Assembly (NCBI GenBank): GCA_907165135.1
Contig: OU015569.1
Span: 10,044,001 to 10,108,000 of the forward strand
Source of the DNA: Oikopleura dioica
Lineage: Eukaryota; Animalia; Chordata
Reading direction: 5' to 3'
DNA length: 64,000 nt
The notes below the pieces were generated by a model. It was not told the origin of the DNA, did no database searches, and saw only the letters and a list, made by a program, of their open reading frames with translations. The position numbers and the translations under genes are program-made. Below are positions 1 through 12,780 of the stretch, piece after piece; within the stretch, counting starts at the first letter, position 1; each line of letters starts with the position of its first letter.

Positions 1-1211
1 GCGTCCTTCTTTCGGGAAAAAATGACGAAACCGTAATCTTGTGTTCGAAACTCTTCTAATCCGCCTGGCGAGCGAAACCAAAACTATGCATCGCCAGAGC
101 GAACCATCAGCAATCTACCCTCTCGCACAATACATTCTCACTTAAACTTGGTACTCTAAAAGTGAGATCAAAAAAAGGGAAAGAGACTTGAGCAGTTAGA
201 CCGCAGCGGGGAGTTATCGGCTGCCAGAGCTCACAAGTATTCGTCAATGAGCAGTGCTCGCTGATGGTGCCGATAAGCCGGAGGCAGACAGTTTCCTCAA
301 GAGATAAAATTCCCCTTTTCTAGCAGGTGATACTTTTCAGGCATAGATTCCAAGTAATTTAAAGTAATTACTGAGTCATCCTCTCGCCTCAACTCCGTAC
401 TTTCTTTCCTCGAGTGAAGCTGCTCCGACGGTTATGTTTGCTCTTGCTGAGAGAGACGTTCCATTTTGATTTGAGTCGATTTGTGGGGTCATAAGTTCAG
501 CGTTCCTTATTTTCGGCTTGGTGCCTCTTTCAGAAGGTTGGTGTTTGGAGGCCGCGGGGTGGCGCCAATTGAGTCCTCGGCAAAGTACGCAGCGCGTTGC
601 GAAATTCTGCTGAACGAGTGGGGCAAGCTCCACGGGAAGCATCTCAGCGGGAGACGATCTGAATCTGCCCGCGGCACTGAAAACTTGTTTTCACTAAAAA
701 CGCACCATGGCGAGCATGCATCAGCAGGCCTGCTCTCGAGTAGTACTAAGCAGCTCCACCTTCAGTGGGCACCATGCGCCGCGCAAAAAAGGACGTAATG
801 ATTGTTTTCATTAAAATAGCTTAGCAGCGAAATGCAAGTACTCTCTTTGTTCTCCACTCATTTCACCAATTCAAAATCCTTCTCCCATGGAAGCTGCATA
901 ATACCGCTACATCCGATGTTATAATCGGCTATTAGTCCAAGAAAGATAAGTGGATAATTCTAGTTATTAAAGTAGGTTTTTTATAAATTATAAATTATAA
1001 CGTGTGGTCATTTTTATAGTTCGGAGTTTATTAATAATAAAATTCGATTTATTATGGTTTTTTGAGAATAGCAAATAATTTTAGATTAAGATCATCATCG
1101 CGTCGCTAGGTCAATCGTTAATCTAAAATTACAGTCTAAATTCAGATAATTATTTTTTAGAAACTGTGAAAGGGCTGGCGCAAAGCCGAAATCTGACAAA
1201 ATCAAAAGATG

Positions 1212-1284
1212 AGCCTAATGCGGGGCTCGAACCCGCGACCGTTGGATTAAGAGTCCAACGCTCTACCGACTGAGCTAACCAGGC
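1212..1284 (-). tRNA. tRNA-Lys (anticodon CTT)
   Basis: The reverse complement GCCTGGTTAGCTCAGTCGGTAGAGCGTTGGACTCTTAATCCAACGGTCGCGGGTTCGAGCCCCGCATTAGGCT folds as a cloverleaf. Anticodon arm is TTGGA-CTCTTAA-TCCAA, T-loop is GGTTCGA, length 73 nt, no intron. Confidence 0.95.
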
Positions 1285-4200
1285 CCGTTGGCTGTCGATT
1301 AATTGTAGTTTGTAAATAATACATTTTATGCAGCGGAAAATGCAGAGAGTATTTGGATGGAAGAGCCTGTTTCCTGGCGTTTAGGTCGACCCGGGTGCTC
1401 CAGGTCGCTTGTAATTAAGCTCAATTTGGCGGTATTGGCGATCACGTGCAACCACGGATGGAAGGCACAACTTTGGAGGGAATGGCTTGGCGCGTTTTTT
1501 CGCGTGAGCGTGATTGAGTTTCCGCCAAGAGACTGTCAGCGGAAGTAAACTAGAGTCGAGGCTGATTCTGTTAACATTAGCCACTGTTTGGCAAAGTTTA
1601 AACAAGAGAATATACAGACTCCTCCCAGCTCAAGTCAGAAACTCGCCCATCAAAAGATTCATTCCAAATTCTAAGATCCGACTTAGAAAGTTAACGTAAC
1701 GTGCGTTTGGACTGGGCGATTGGATCTTGGCGAGGATTAGAAAGCATCGAATCGTTGTAAAAGTGCGATAACGTTACTCTGCCAAACACAGGAGGCAGAA
1801 ATGTTTTTTCTGTTTTGCCAGCTTCGACAAATAACGAAGGCCACATCAGAGACGCGCATCTTTCGCACGAAGCGCACCGTGAAACGCGATAATTCGCATT
1901 CAAAACACGACCAAAAATAGGTTATCCAACTCCTCGTTAAATCTGTACTCAAGAACCTGAACTTTATTGAAGTAGTCTGCAGAGAAAATTCACTTTCAAA
2001 AGTTCAGTTTTCCGCGCGAATCGCCTGTGCCGCGAGTCTCCACTTCTTCCGCAGCTCGCTCTTGTCGAGTCCGTCCTTTTGTGCGAGCCCGTCCAAGTCT
2101 GCGCAGTTGAGACTCTCCCGCGCCTGAATTTCGATGCTCGATTCAGCGACGTATATTTAGGCGTAAATGGTGCGACGCTCTTCCTCTAACGAGGCTGGAC
2201 TGACGGTGCCTTGTCAGTTGAGAGACTGACCTTTGCTGCCGTCCGTCGCCATCTGGCTCGACGAGAAGCTCGATTTTCATTTCCATACTCGCCGCTGTCC
2301 TCTGCGCGAACTTTGTGCACCTGAACGAAATTTTAGCTGCCTCAATTTTTGCAATCGACAAAAGTAAAAATTATTAACGTGGCTGCAGTGTGATTCAAAT
2401 ATATTCCACCTTGGCAATCCAAGCCGGCAAAGTTCATCCGTTTCGGCAGTCGAAGCGGAGCATTTTTTAACGTTTTCGCCCTGTTTTCTACTTATCTCTT
2501 AAGTGATAACCTTTTCCGTCCAGCGGCACTGGAGCGGCCCGAGCTGGACCAGCTGCGATAAAAGCGAATTGCAAATTTTTGCGTGAGCTTCCCAAAGCTC
2601 CTCGACGAGTCTTCGACGGACAGTTTTCTTGACCATGCTTTGCCATTTGCCATTAACGTGATAAATTTAGTGACCAATTAAACATTTTTTTTTGCGAAAA
2701 ATCGAAGATCTTCCACTTGTCAAAAAGCAGAATCAAGAGGCCACAAGCCAGCCTAGATCTCAAAAAAACGTCAAAAAAGACCGATCTTGTGGTTAACGCT
2801 TCTACTCCATCTTCCAGCGAATCGACCCTTTCGAAACCGCAGCCCCACCGTTACTCATCAAAATCAAAGTTGTCGTTCACTAGTTTGGATAAGCAGTAAC
2901 TTAGAAGTGGCGGCGGAGGTGGCTTGTCCTCTGAGATTGTTGATTTCAGCGAGCTTTATCTCGAGCACTTTTTGCAACAAGTGACACCTTCTATCCTTCC
3001 CTGCTCCAAACACGTTGGGTTTTATCTCCGCAGCGGATTGCTGCTTACATCAGATTAAAAGCACTTTCAAAGTTATACGTAAAGAAAAGTCTACGTGTTA
3101 TTAGGAAGGTGATTCAATGCAAGAACCTCTCGGCGGATCATTCCATATCCTGCGTTGAGTTTTATAAAGGAAAAGGCGTCGTCGCTAGCCAGCCAGTTAG
3201 ATTATCGAGATTAGTAGGGACAACTACGGGGTCAACTCTAGCCAAAAGCTGGATAAGCCGAATTAAGGTCATTTCCGATCAGCCGAAACTAAACCGTTTC
3301 CTCCATCGTCTTCAATGACTTATTGATCTGATTTAACGGTGCCCAGAGGATTTTTCGAAATAATCAAATTCAATTTTAGTCTGAGAGCGAAAAAATGGGC
3401 TCTACTGTTGAAAAATTAACTCGGAACGGAAACTTGTTCAAGGAACTCCCCATGTCTCGAAATTCCAAACGTTGTCGTGAATTTTCGGCTTGACAGGAGA
3501 GTGACTTGAAGCAAAGCCGCTCGATCTTTCATGTTGACTCCTTGTTTAGAATCTTTAATGATTCTAAGAGTTCTTTCAGTAGTGTTTCGCGACGCGGAGT
3601 ACTAAATAGCATTCGGTGTTTGGAACCGCTCCTGTGTAAGAGATCGTTGTCTGTAAAACGGATTTGCTCGTTTCCTACGTTACTTTTTAAACAAGTTCGA
3701 CTTCTTGCAGAAAACAATGTATCTTACTAATTGTATAACGCGCAGTTCTTCCTAAAACCATCAATTGTGATCCGATTTCCAGAAAGACACGTCTTGGCCA
3801 AGAAAAAAAAGGACTTTCGGGATTTAGGAAATCAAAGCGGCTTCACAGAATTCGATTCGGTGAGTCGTATGTCCCTGACCGCGTAAACTATCCTACGTCG
3901 ACTTTATTTTTTTCTGAATTTTTGGTCATTTTCTAAAAATTGAGATCCGCGACTTTGTGGGCATTCAGGTCAAGCAAGGGCGTATTTTTGTGACGCTGGA
4001 AGAGCTCATCAACGTTGTCTAGGTGACCGCAGGAGTACACGAGCAAGGCGGCTTCTGCCTCCTATTAATAGATGTAGGTCGATGTCCTCGGCGTTATTAG
4101 TGGCAGACCTGTGACACCGTGTCCAGCTTCAGTCTCCAGCGCGATCCTGAATATTTATCATAAGAGCATTATAGCTCACGTTATTTTTAATCCAGGCAGC

Positions 4201-4367
4201 TCTTCTCTAAAAGGTCTGCCGACTCGTTAGAAGTTCCCCGGATCGTACTTGTGATTTATCCCTATCATTAGGGAGACCTCAATTGCTCTTCTGTCAGTAA
4301 TGACAGAAACAGTATTCTGGAATAGCTACACAACCAAATCAAGCGGCTATTTTGTTCAAGGAAATCA

Positions 4368-4940
4368 CTTTTGATTGAGCACCCACTCTGTCTTGTCGCC
4401 CGTGAATTCTTCGACAAGCGTTTGAGGTTTTTTAAAAATCATTTTTCCTCCATTTTCTAATTCTACTCTTACTACCGCACTCTTACTTTCAGTGAGTTCT
4501 TTCGCTCGGCGAGAAAGCTGCTTTAGATTTGGGAAGCCCAGTTTTGCCGCCGTTTCTTGCACCAGCTTTTCATCGAGGAGGATTGCCGATTTGGAAGCGT
4601 TCAAAACGAAGCCGTAGTCGATGAAGATTGTGTCAAGATCGGCGTCATCCAAATATTCGATGAAAATCTGAAAAATAAAATTCACAAAAATTTCTTTTTA
4701 ATCATTTAATTACAAACCTGGTCGCCTTTTTTTACTGGTGCTTGGAGGATAACTTCGAAGGTGCCCCGCCGCTGGTTAAAGCCAGAGCGCACAGCTGCTC
4801 CTGCCCGATGATTAACTAAAAATAATTACAACTTGAGTTCTCTTTTGTTTTCGTTTCCGAGCTGTGACAAGAGTTAACTTACAGAGCTCGACGATGGGTG
4901 CAAATGTAGCCGAGTCAAACTCGCTTCGTTCGACTGCGCT
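4368..4940 (-). CDS. SET-domain lysine methyltransferase, SETD3/4/6-LSMT type (internal exons only; true gene ends unresolved)
   Basis: Exons ~4940-4883, 4815-4718 and 4667-~4368 join by GT-AG introns to give ...FAPIVELFNHRAG...VKKGDQIFIEYLDDADLDTIFIDYGFVL. This matches the P-x2-D/E-x2-NH ... GxQIFIxY ... YGFV signature of this SET subfamily. Confidence 0.6.
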
Positions 4941-6599
4941 GAAGAAAAATAGAACTCGTGATGGTTAACGTGCTGTTGAGCTGGAAAACTTGCCAAAGAG
5001 AACGAGAATGAGAGAGAGTGTCGGTTTTGTGACACTTCCGTTAACAAAATAAAACGCGTCGGCGAGTCTTTGTGAAGGAAATCGACCGCCGAACTATAAC
5101 ATGCATACCTGGGATGTTTAAACATCTTAGTGGCGTGCGCGTGACGAGTCTGAAACGTTGCGGCTGCCCATAAGTACTTGTTCGGGTCCAGGCAATGTAC
5201 TCAGTGTGGCTACTCTCACAGCAGGCTGCGTAAAAATGGAACACAGTCTTCTAAACCCTCGCATCAGAAAAAAACGATTAATCTTTGTCGATTTTTGAAG
5301 ATTACTCGTCAACAAATGAAAAATCAATTTCAATTTTGAAAAAGTGAACCGCGATTAACTCTGGAATTTCTAAAATCTCGTTCAAAGCGCGCTTCCGACG
5401 ACACGGAGTACCCGACGATAAAAAGGTTCACAGGCATTCCGGGTCGTTCGTCGCGATTCCGTTTGCACCTCCTTTTTAATAGTGCTATCCGGGCAAGGTT
5501 AGTTCTCTAATTTATGTTTTAGAATTGAAAGTTGGCTGGACCCGTTTCCTCGTCCCAACGCAACGGCGCGTATTTTTCCTTTGAAGGGCTCGATTTGAGC
5601 CGCTCATTACGCGACACTCTTGTGATAAAAGCAGAGCAACTTGACAAGAGTTTTGATTTTGAAATGGTGGCTCGTTGTGTCGCCTGCACTTCTAGCGCTC
5701 ACTTTGCGAGTTGAGCCCCTTCCTGGAATGCATCGTTAGTGAATTCTTCGAAAGGAATCTCATTTAGATTCCGCTCGGATTTTTATACGCTAGCGAGGGG
5801 GTGAAACTATTTACCAAAACTACGATTGAGCCATTTTCTCACTTCTCTTATCCGTTTATTGTCAATTTAGACTGTTGTCATTTTTAGTCATCGTTTCTTG
5901 ATTTCAGATTCCGTTTCCAGGAGTTTTGAGAAGTCAGTGCGCAGGTTCTGCTTAGTCTTCTTTACGGCCTCTCGCACGCTGAAACGGCTTAGTTTGCTTC
6001 GTTTAGTTTTGACGGCTTTGTAAGCAGCTGTTGCTCCTCCATAATGGGCTTGTGCAGTTTTGAAAATAAATACACCACTTTCCCAAACGTTCGATTCACA
6101 AAAAAAGATGAGCGCTTGTTTGAAATAAGCAGTGATTGTTACTTACTAAAGTAGTCGAAAATAAACGAAGAAAATAATGATTTACAAAGGAGCTTTTTTT
6201 TTCTTGTCAAATGACAATTTGAATCCAACTCAGCAACTCGTGCGCTGCGAAACATGAAACGTTACAAGAAACAATGATCTGTCTCCTCAGAAAACGTTTC
6301 CACATAACTCTAGATGCTCGCCATTAGTACAAGCCAAAAGGGTGTTTCCTCAAGTGTTGATCTTAATTGGATCATGTTTTGCGCAATGTTTCGCTGGATG
6401 ATTTATTTGGAAAATTGGTTGCCCGGCCGACAAGGCGGGAAATTCGCGCTTTCAGATTTTGGAATTTCGCGCGAATCCGAATGCAGCAGGGACAACGTCT
6501 AAATTAATCAAATATCTTCGAATCCGCCCCTCGATCGCCTTACCTCCAAGAGTCACCCCAGCCCTTTTCTTTGCATCACTTGAGTCTGGGCACTTTTGC

Positions 6600-6787
6600 C
6601 TGGGATCGGCAAACGGTGTAGAAAACCTGAGTCAGGGTCTGAAAGATCTTTAATGAAAAGCCGCGTAGCGGCTTTTTTAAAAACGAAGCCGCGGAGCGGC
6701 TTCGCCAAAATTTAAAAATAGATTTGATAGGTAAAATAGATCTTTCAGACCCTGACTCAGGCTTTCTACACAAGTTGCCGAACCCAG
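6600..6787. mobile_element. 188-bp MITE with 50-bp TIRs and 8-bp TSD (ACTTTTGC)
   Basis: 6600-6649 is the reverse complement of 6738-6787 (5 mismatches). Direct repeat ACTTTTGC flanks it at 6592-6599 and 6788-6795. Two internal GCCGC-GNA-GCGGC hairpins. Confidence 0.85.
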
Positions 6788-9700
6788 ACTTTTGCGAAAG
6801 AAATGAAAAAAGAAGAGCGATTTGAAAAGTAAAGCTGAATTATATCTCCGGCGGCGCGGGTCGCAGGCTGCGTCTCCGCTCGGTTTCTAATAAGGGCGTC
6901 CGGAACGATCATTTTGAAAATTCTTTTCGGGTGGGGGACACATTCCTTCATAATGAAATACAAATGCGCTCAGTCCACGTCTTAGAACCTGCCCCAAACT
7001 GTAAACAATAAGCATTGCGCGACGCGCGATCGAGTTAGCAAGGATTTAACTCGATCTCGCAATTTGGGAATTACGGAACTTTCTATAAGTCTTTGCCGAT
7101 AAATTAATCATCGTCCTGGCACGTGTAAACGGAGTTAACGTTTTAGTCAATTAAGCAGCCCCCAGCTGCGTCAGAACTTGAGTTTTAACGTGAATACGTT
7201 CCCACTCGGAATGGCGACTCGCAAATTTGGAAATTATATAAGTTGGAAGTTGTGAGTGTGCCCTTCCGAAAAGCGCCGGAAAGTACGATTAGAAAATATT
7301 TGGAGGGCCGCGTGGCAAAAAAAGAAGAGCCACACTTTTGCGTATTTATTTGATTGGGAGCGAGAGCTAATATTGCATCAGGCAATTTGGAAAAGGCAGA
7401 CCAAAGATCTCAAAATTAGGTTCTCAAAAGGAATTAGAGGGAAATGAGACTGGCGAATTCTAAAAGAAATTATGGATGCAATTTAGTCTGAAGCACCGCG
7501 GTAGCACGGTGGTTGCGTTTATTTTTTCTCGCGGTGCACCTGGCCGGCTAGTTTCCACAACCATTACGGAATGAGAGTTCAGATTACGCTCTCGAATTCA
7601 TCTCCCAATTTTCGCTGCTGTTTTATTTCGGCTTCCGCCGCTGCGCCGCAAAAATATCCCTTTCAAAAGACTCTTCAAAAAATAGTACTTACGTTTGAGG
7701 CAGCAAATCCAGTTCCGAGTCCAACCAAACAAGCAGAAAAGGGTTCAAACCACGAAAATCAGTAATTGAAGCTGTCAAATGAAATTGAACCCGAATCGGA
7801 CACGTATAGAACGAAGGAAGTTGTTGTATGTATCCGAAGCATTTGGAAACTTGCTCTAAAGAGAAATTTGTTATTTTGCGCTTCTAGAACAGAGGTTGTT
7901 GTTTGGGCAAAAATTCATTCGCAAGTCAGTTCGTCCTAGCAATTGAACTTGTTAGGGTCCGAAAGGCCGCGTTTTTAAGTAAGTTTTTGAGACTTTCGAA
8001 GCGCTTTTTTTACAAATTTTTTCAGAAAAGAAGATATTGAAGAAATTCCAGGAAGATCAGAAGTCTTCCAGGCGAATCTTCGCCTCTTCTCAACACGAGA
8101 AAATTGACGAGAGAAGAGCAACGGAAGTATACGGTAAAATGGGTTGATGCAATCCATTCTACCGTACACTGACTTTTTCTGCCGAGAAAAGACTTGACTG
8201 CACTCGATTTAATCGAGTCATTGTCCAATAATACTTCTGAAAATACAGATGCTTTGATATTTTGACTTTTAAATACGGTGTTTGCTTTCTTCGGTACAGA
8301 GCGGTTGATTGTGATGTTGAGTCGGTGAGGAGTAGGAAACTTTAATCCCGTAAAAGCGTGAGAAGAAAATTATAGTGAGGGGGAAAAATGTGCTTGGCTT
8401 TCTGAAAATAGTCGGCGGCAGCGCGTTATCAGCTTGGAATTGGCAAGTGCTCGTTTTGAAGCGGCCTCAACAAAAACGTTCATTACAGGGCGCGGGCACT
8501 TTACCACGTCGCGAGTAAAATTCCGAAAAACAGATCAGTCACGTTTTTTCGCGCCCAAATGAAAAGGAGACAAAGAAACCGTCTCAAGAAAGTGCATTAG
8601 AGGAAGAGTGAGCATCTCCCGAATCCGAATGCGGGTACTTCCGCGCTTAGGGGATTAGTAGGGCCAAAAATAGAGGTTGAGCAAGGCGCCGAAGGGAGCT
8701 TACGGAGCAATCTCGTGCACCTGTTGCAAATGTTTGACATTTACAGGGCTCATCCATCGCGGATTATCATCGACCAAGCTAAAACTATTCCGCCGCCGGG
8801 ATCCGTTCAACGTGACAGCCATTACTGCCAAAGTTGAGAGGGATTGAGAACGAGTTTATCGGAATAATAGTCCAATGTGGTTAGTCACGGGCGTTTACAG
8901 CAAATGATGGATTTAGAGAGTTTGTTTCTGCGTAAACGCGTGAATTAATGAGCTCCAGGAATCGCCTTCTTCGCTGCCGGAAGATAGCTCAAGAAGCAAC
9001 TTGGAGATAAGGATTCCTGTAGATTCCCTCACAACTCGTTATGCTCTTCATCCCCGAATGTTATACTTTTCACGGAATATCACTCAGGCTAACGCTTAGA
9101 AGTAGCGAAATTAGCCGAAAATCACGTGCAATACTTGATTCTTGTTTTTTCTATCTTTTCTGCACAAACAACTCGAGCGATAAACTCGAAAGCCGCTTTT
9201 CTCTTGATCATGACGTCCCGATTTCCTGAATTTAAACGAATTTAAACTAATTGAAATAGAGACTGAAGCGTCTAAATGAGCTGAAAATGCTTATTGTTTG
9301 TATTTTGGGAAGTGAAGTAAGATGTCCCGGAAGTTGCATTTTCGCGCGGTGTCTAGCAACTAAGGTTAAGCTTTTTAGCGCGGAATCGAGTTTTTTCAGA
9401 CTTCAAAGTGCCCCCAAAATAGCAGCCGTCAATTCTGGTGAACGTTGTGTCACACTCCAAAGGATCAACCAAAAAAAGACCGAGACGAAACAGCTTATCC
9501 CCATTTCCTTAGACAGATTGAAAGAGCGCCCTTATCAAAATATCAATTAAAAATTATCAAACTAGACGTACATCTATTTACGTTTTTTGGGCAGGAGTAG
9601 CGCTGCCCTTCGTTCTGTGGAACTTGCCGCTTCCGACAGTGAGTGACGTTTGCGGACTGAAACGGGGCTTGAGCAAAAGCGGTATCGCCCTAAATGGCTA

Positions 9701-12470
9701 ATCGAGTCGAGATTTATGCATAACGGGCGGGCCATCAAGCCAAAGCGCCAAATTTCATGGAGCATGTTCTAACACCTGTCGGGTGCGATTATCGGAACCA
9801 TTACCGATACTTCAGCGAAATTTGCCACCCTGATCTTTTAGCACCTTTTCACTCTTGTTAAAGATGACGACACAGGCTTTCAGCCCAAAAAACCCCAACC
9901 GACAAGCAAATCCGAGAACTCGATATTAAGACAAAAATCTTCCTAAGAAAATATTCTACAAATGCTACGAAGCGCTACTTAAACACGGTTTAAGGGTGTC
10001 AGCAGCGAAAATTTCCGCTTCGAGTTTAAAATGCAAGCTTATTGAAGCGTTGTTGACACCCTTAAGGACGACAGAATATTTAAAGCGTACCTTTACGTCT
10101 CTCGTAAACAATCGCCAAGCATAAGAGCTCTTTATTGCTTATTTTTTCGTGCTTCTCATTTTCCAGCCATTGCAAAAGGCTATCCATCTCCTAAAAATGC
10201 GTTTCGAAATACATTATTGTTCTCATCAGCGTGGAAGGCCCTGATAAGTGGATTAAAGCAAGAATTTGGAAAGAAGTGCATGTTCCAAATGGAGCGGCTT
10301 ACCTCTGACAACTCACGGACATTCGGACCTCGCATGGGCTGATAACTTATCTGGGAGGATTAATTTCCTACGTCTCGGGTTTCCCGCGGATACAGTACAA
10401 CCCTAGCCTGTCAGAGCGAGGGTTTTTTACTCGATTTCCTTTTTAATGTATTTTTATTATTGTCTATGAAAAATCTAAAGCGCGTTTAACTTATTGCGAT
10501 AAGGAAAAGAAGAACCCAAAGCAAAATGATATTTTCTGGAACTTCTAAAACGCGCGATCCGGCATCGATATCTTCAGTTGCCATAATTCCTCTGCCAGTA
10601 TCGTCGAACTCGTAAGCTGTTATTGGAAATTTATCGAGCTGAAAGATTTTATTAACTTACGCAAGTTTCAAAAACTTTCAAATCAAGGGAGCACTGTCCC
10701 TCTTCTATCTTGAACTTGCTCACGTTTCATTCAAGTTCTGGCCTTGGCTTTAGTTGTTTTAGGTTGAGTTTCGAGGGAGGAGAATTATAGCGCGGTGGGA
10801 ATTCGGCACAGTCCGCGATAAATACCCAGCGCGGCCGACGGAACGTGCCACTCAGATAACCTTACACCTGACACACCGATTTCGCCCAATTGCTACTTTT
10901 CTTATCGCCTTTTAATTCTAGCGAGTTGGCCGCCTCATTTAACCTCCTTCTACTTTTGCCAAAACCAATCAATCAAGCGATGAGTGGCGGTACCTTGAAT
11001 CCCTTGCTCCGCATCCATTTGATAAGGTAGTGGAAGTCTTCCATATCCTTTCTCTTTCTCTCTCTCTCTTCTGAGACTTGGCGAATATAACAAGCTGAAG
11101 TCTGGACAATGGGTTCTAAGAGATAGCAGGTGTTAATGCACGGTGCTTTCAAGGTCAAGCTTTGTACTGCAGAAAAAGAAAAATTAGTGTTTTATTACTC
11201 ACTAATTGCTTAATTAACGTCTTACACACGTTTTGATGATGTGTTCAGACAAATTTAACCACTGTGCAGCCTTCAGATCAATCTTAAAAGAGCGGTGTTC
11301 CATTCGTTGCCGCTCAACGGAAAATCTAAATTTTCGAGCTCGTAATCATAATTCTATGCTACAAGATCGAATGTCCAATACCGATCACGTGCTTGCTTTT
11401 ATTACAGACATGACGAAACTTCCAAGAAGCTACTTCTGCTAATTCCTAAATGCGCTTTTTTCATCGTGCAATTTTTTGCAATTTCAGAGTGGGAAATTCT
11501 AAACTTAGCTCTTTCTTGAGTCTGGCACGCTGAAAGAAAGATGTCAATGGCGATATGATTGCAATATTTGAGGAATGTAAGAAAACAGTTTTTATAAAAA
11601 GCCGCAGTTATGGTGCTGTCGGGTGAAGGTGGAATGTGCTCGGAGCTCTTCACTTGCGGCGGAAAGTTCCTGGAACTTAAACACCTGCCGAGTTGAGAAG
11701 TAGCCGAACACGGGGGATGAGAAGCGGGCGACTTCTGAAAAAGGAAAATTTCGAATATGAAAAGTTTCAAATTTCTGAGCGAAGTACTTGTTTGCCTGGG
11801 GAGGCGAGCTTTTGGGAATTTGGCGGACGAGCGCGGCGATCTGTCGGAAATCGAATTCATTAGCGCAAATTTCAGAAATTTCGAAATTTCCCGCAACGGG
11901 CAGCTACCGTTCACCACAGACTTACTCGCCTTCGGTCGCTTGAAACGACGCCGAAAACCTAAATCGACAACTTCGACTTGTTTTCCAACGTAAGACGAAC
12001 GCCCAAATGCATCTGCTCTAGCGGGACATGGACGCGTTTTCTAATTGCAAATTTTCCTCGAATTGAACCTTTGATCGCAAATTAAACATCAAATTATCAA
12101 AAAATTAATCATAAAAAAATTTCAAAAAGAGCTGTGAATTATTGCTGACCGTTTTATTACTCTTTTTGGTCTTTTTCGTTGGTTTTTCTGGTGGCGGTGG
12201 TGCTTTTTGCCGTCATTTAGCAGCGATGTGTGTGCTGAATCGTGCTGCATTTTTGGAAATTGCTGATTCTCTCAACGTGATTCTCGCTTTTTCGAAATCT
12301 AATTTTTTGTCAAAGTCGTGAATAAATTTCGCAGCGCTCCATTGCAATTTATTTTCTTTCTCTTTTTCTTTTCGCAACCGAGATATTTCTACTCTCGCTT
12401 GATGTTTTACACTTGTTCGTAGCAGATTTTGGAATGATCGAAATTGCGCTTTTTGGAGAGCTTGTGAATT

Positions 12471-12476
12471 TCGCAT
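12471..12476 (+). repeat. Left 6-bp target-site duplication of the Polinton (TCGCAT)
   Basis: Identical TCGCAT lies immediately outside both TIRs (12471-12476 and 37768-37773). Confidence 0.95.
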
Positions 12477-12598
12477 CGTCGTAATTATCTATTTAAGCCG
12501 ACTACTAGGACACTAATGTAAACACCGGAAGGTCACCGGATGTTATTCTCTTCCGGTAAACTTCCGGAAAAGAATAACATCCGGTGACCTTCCGGTGC
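12477..12598 (+). repeat. Left terminal inverted repeat (122 bp), starts CGTCGTAATTATCTATTTAAG, contains a 75-nt hairpin at 12523-12597
   Basis: Reverse complement of 37646-37767 with a single mismatch (AATGTAAAC vs AATATAAAC). Confidence 0.97.
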
Positions 12599-12780
12599 GT
12601 ATGGTTAAACTTCCTGTTATGAAAATAAAATGAAAACATAAACAAAAAAAAAAGCATTCGTCTTCATCGTCTTCTTCTTCCATCGTCTATGAACTTTTTC
12701 CACGTGACCATATAGTTTCTAGAATAATTAAAAGCATATATTTTTTATTTTATAAACAGCATTCTTATTAATTTATCGTC

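Noticed and set aside
1900-3900. Possible host exons and short ORFs
   Set aside because: Exon-like segments exist, but I could not build a consistent model or recognise a domain.
7400-12200. Possible membrane-protein and nuclease-like host exons
   Set aside because: Fragments were suggestive, but no motif was strong enough to support a call.
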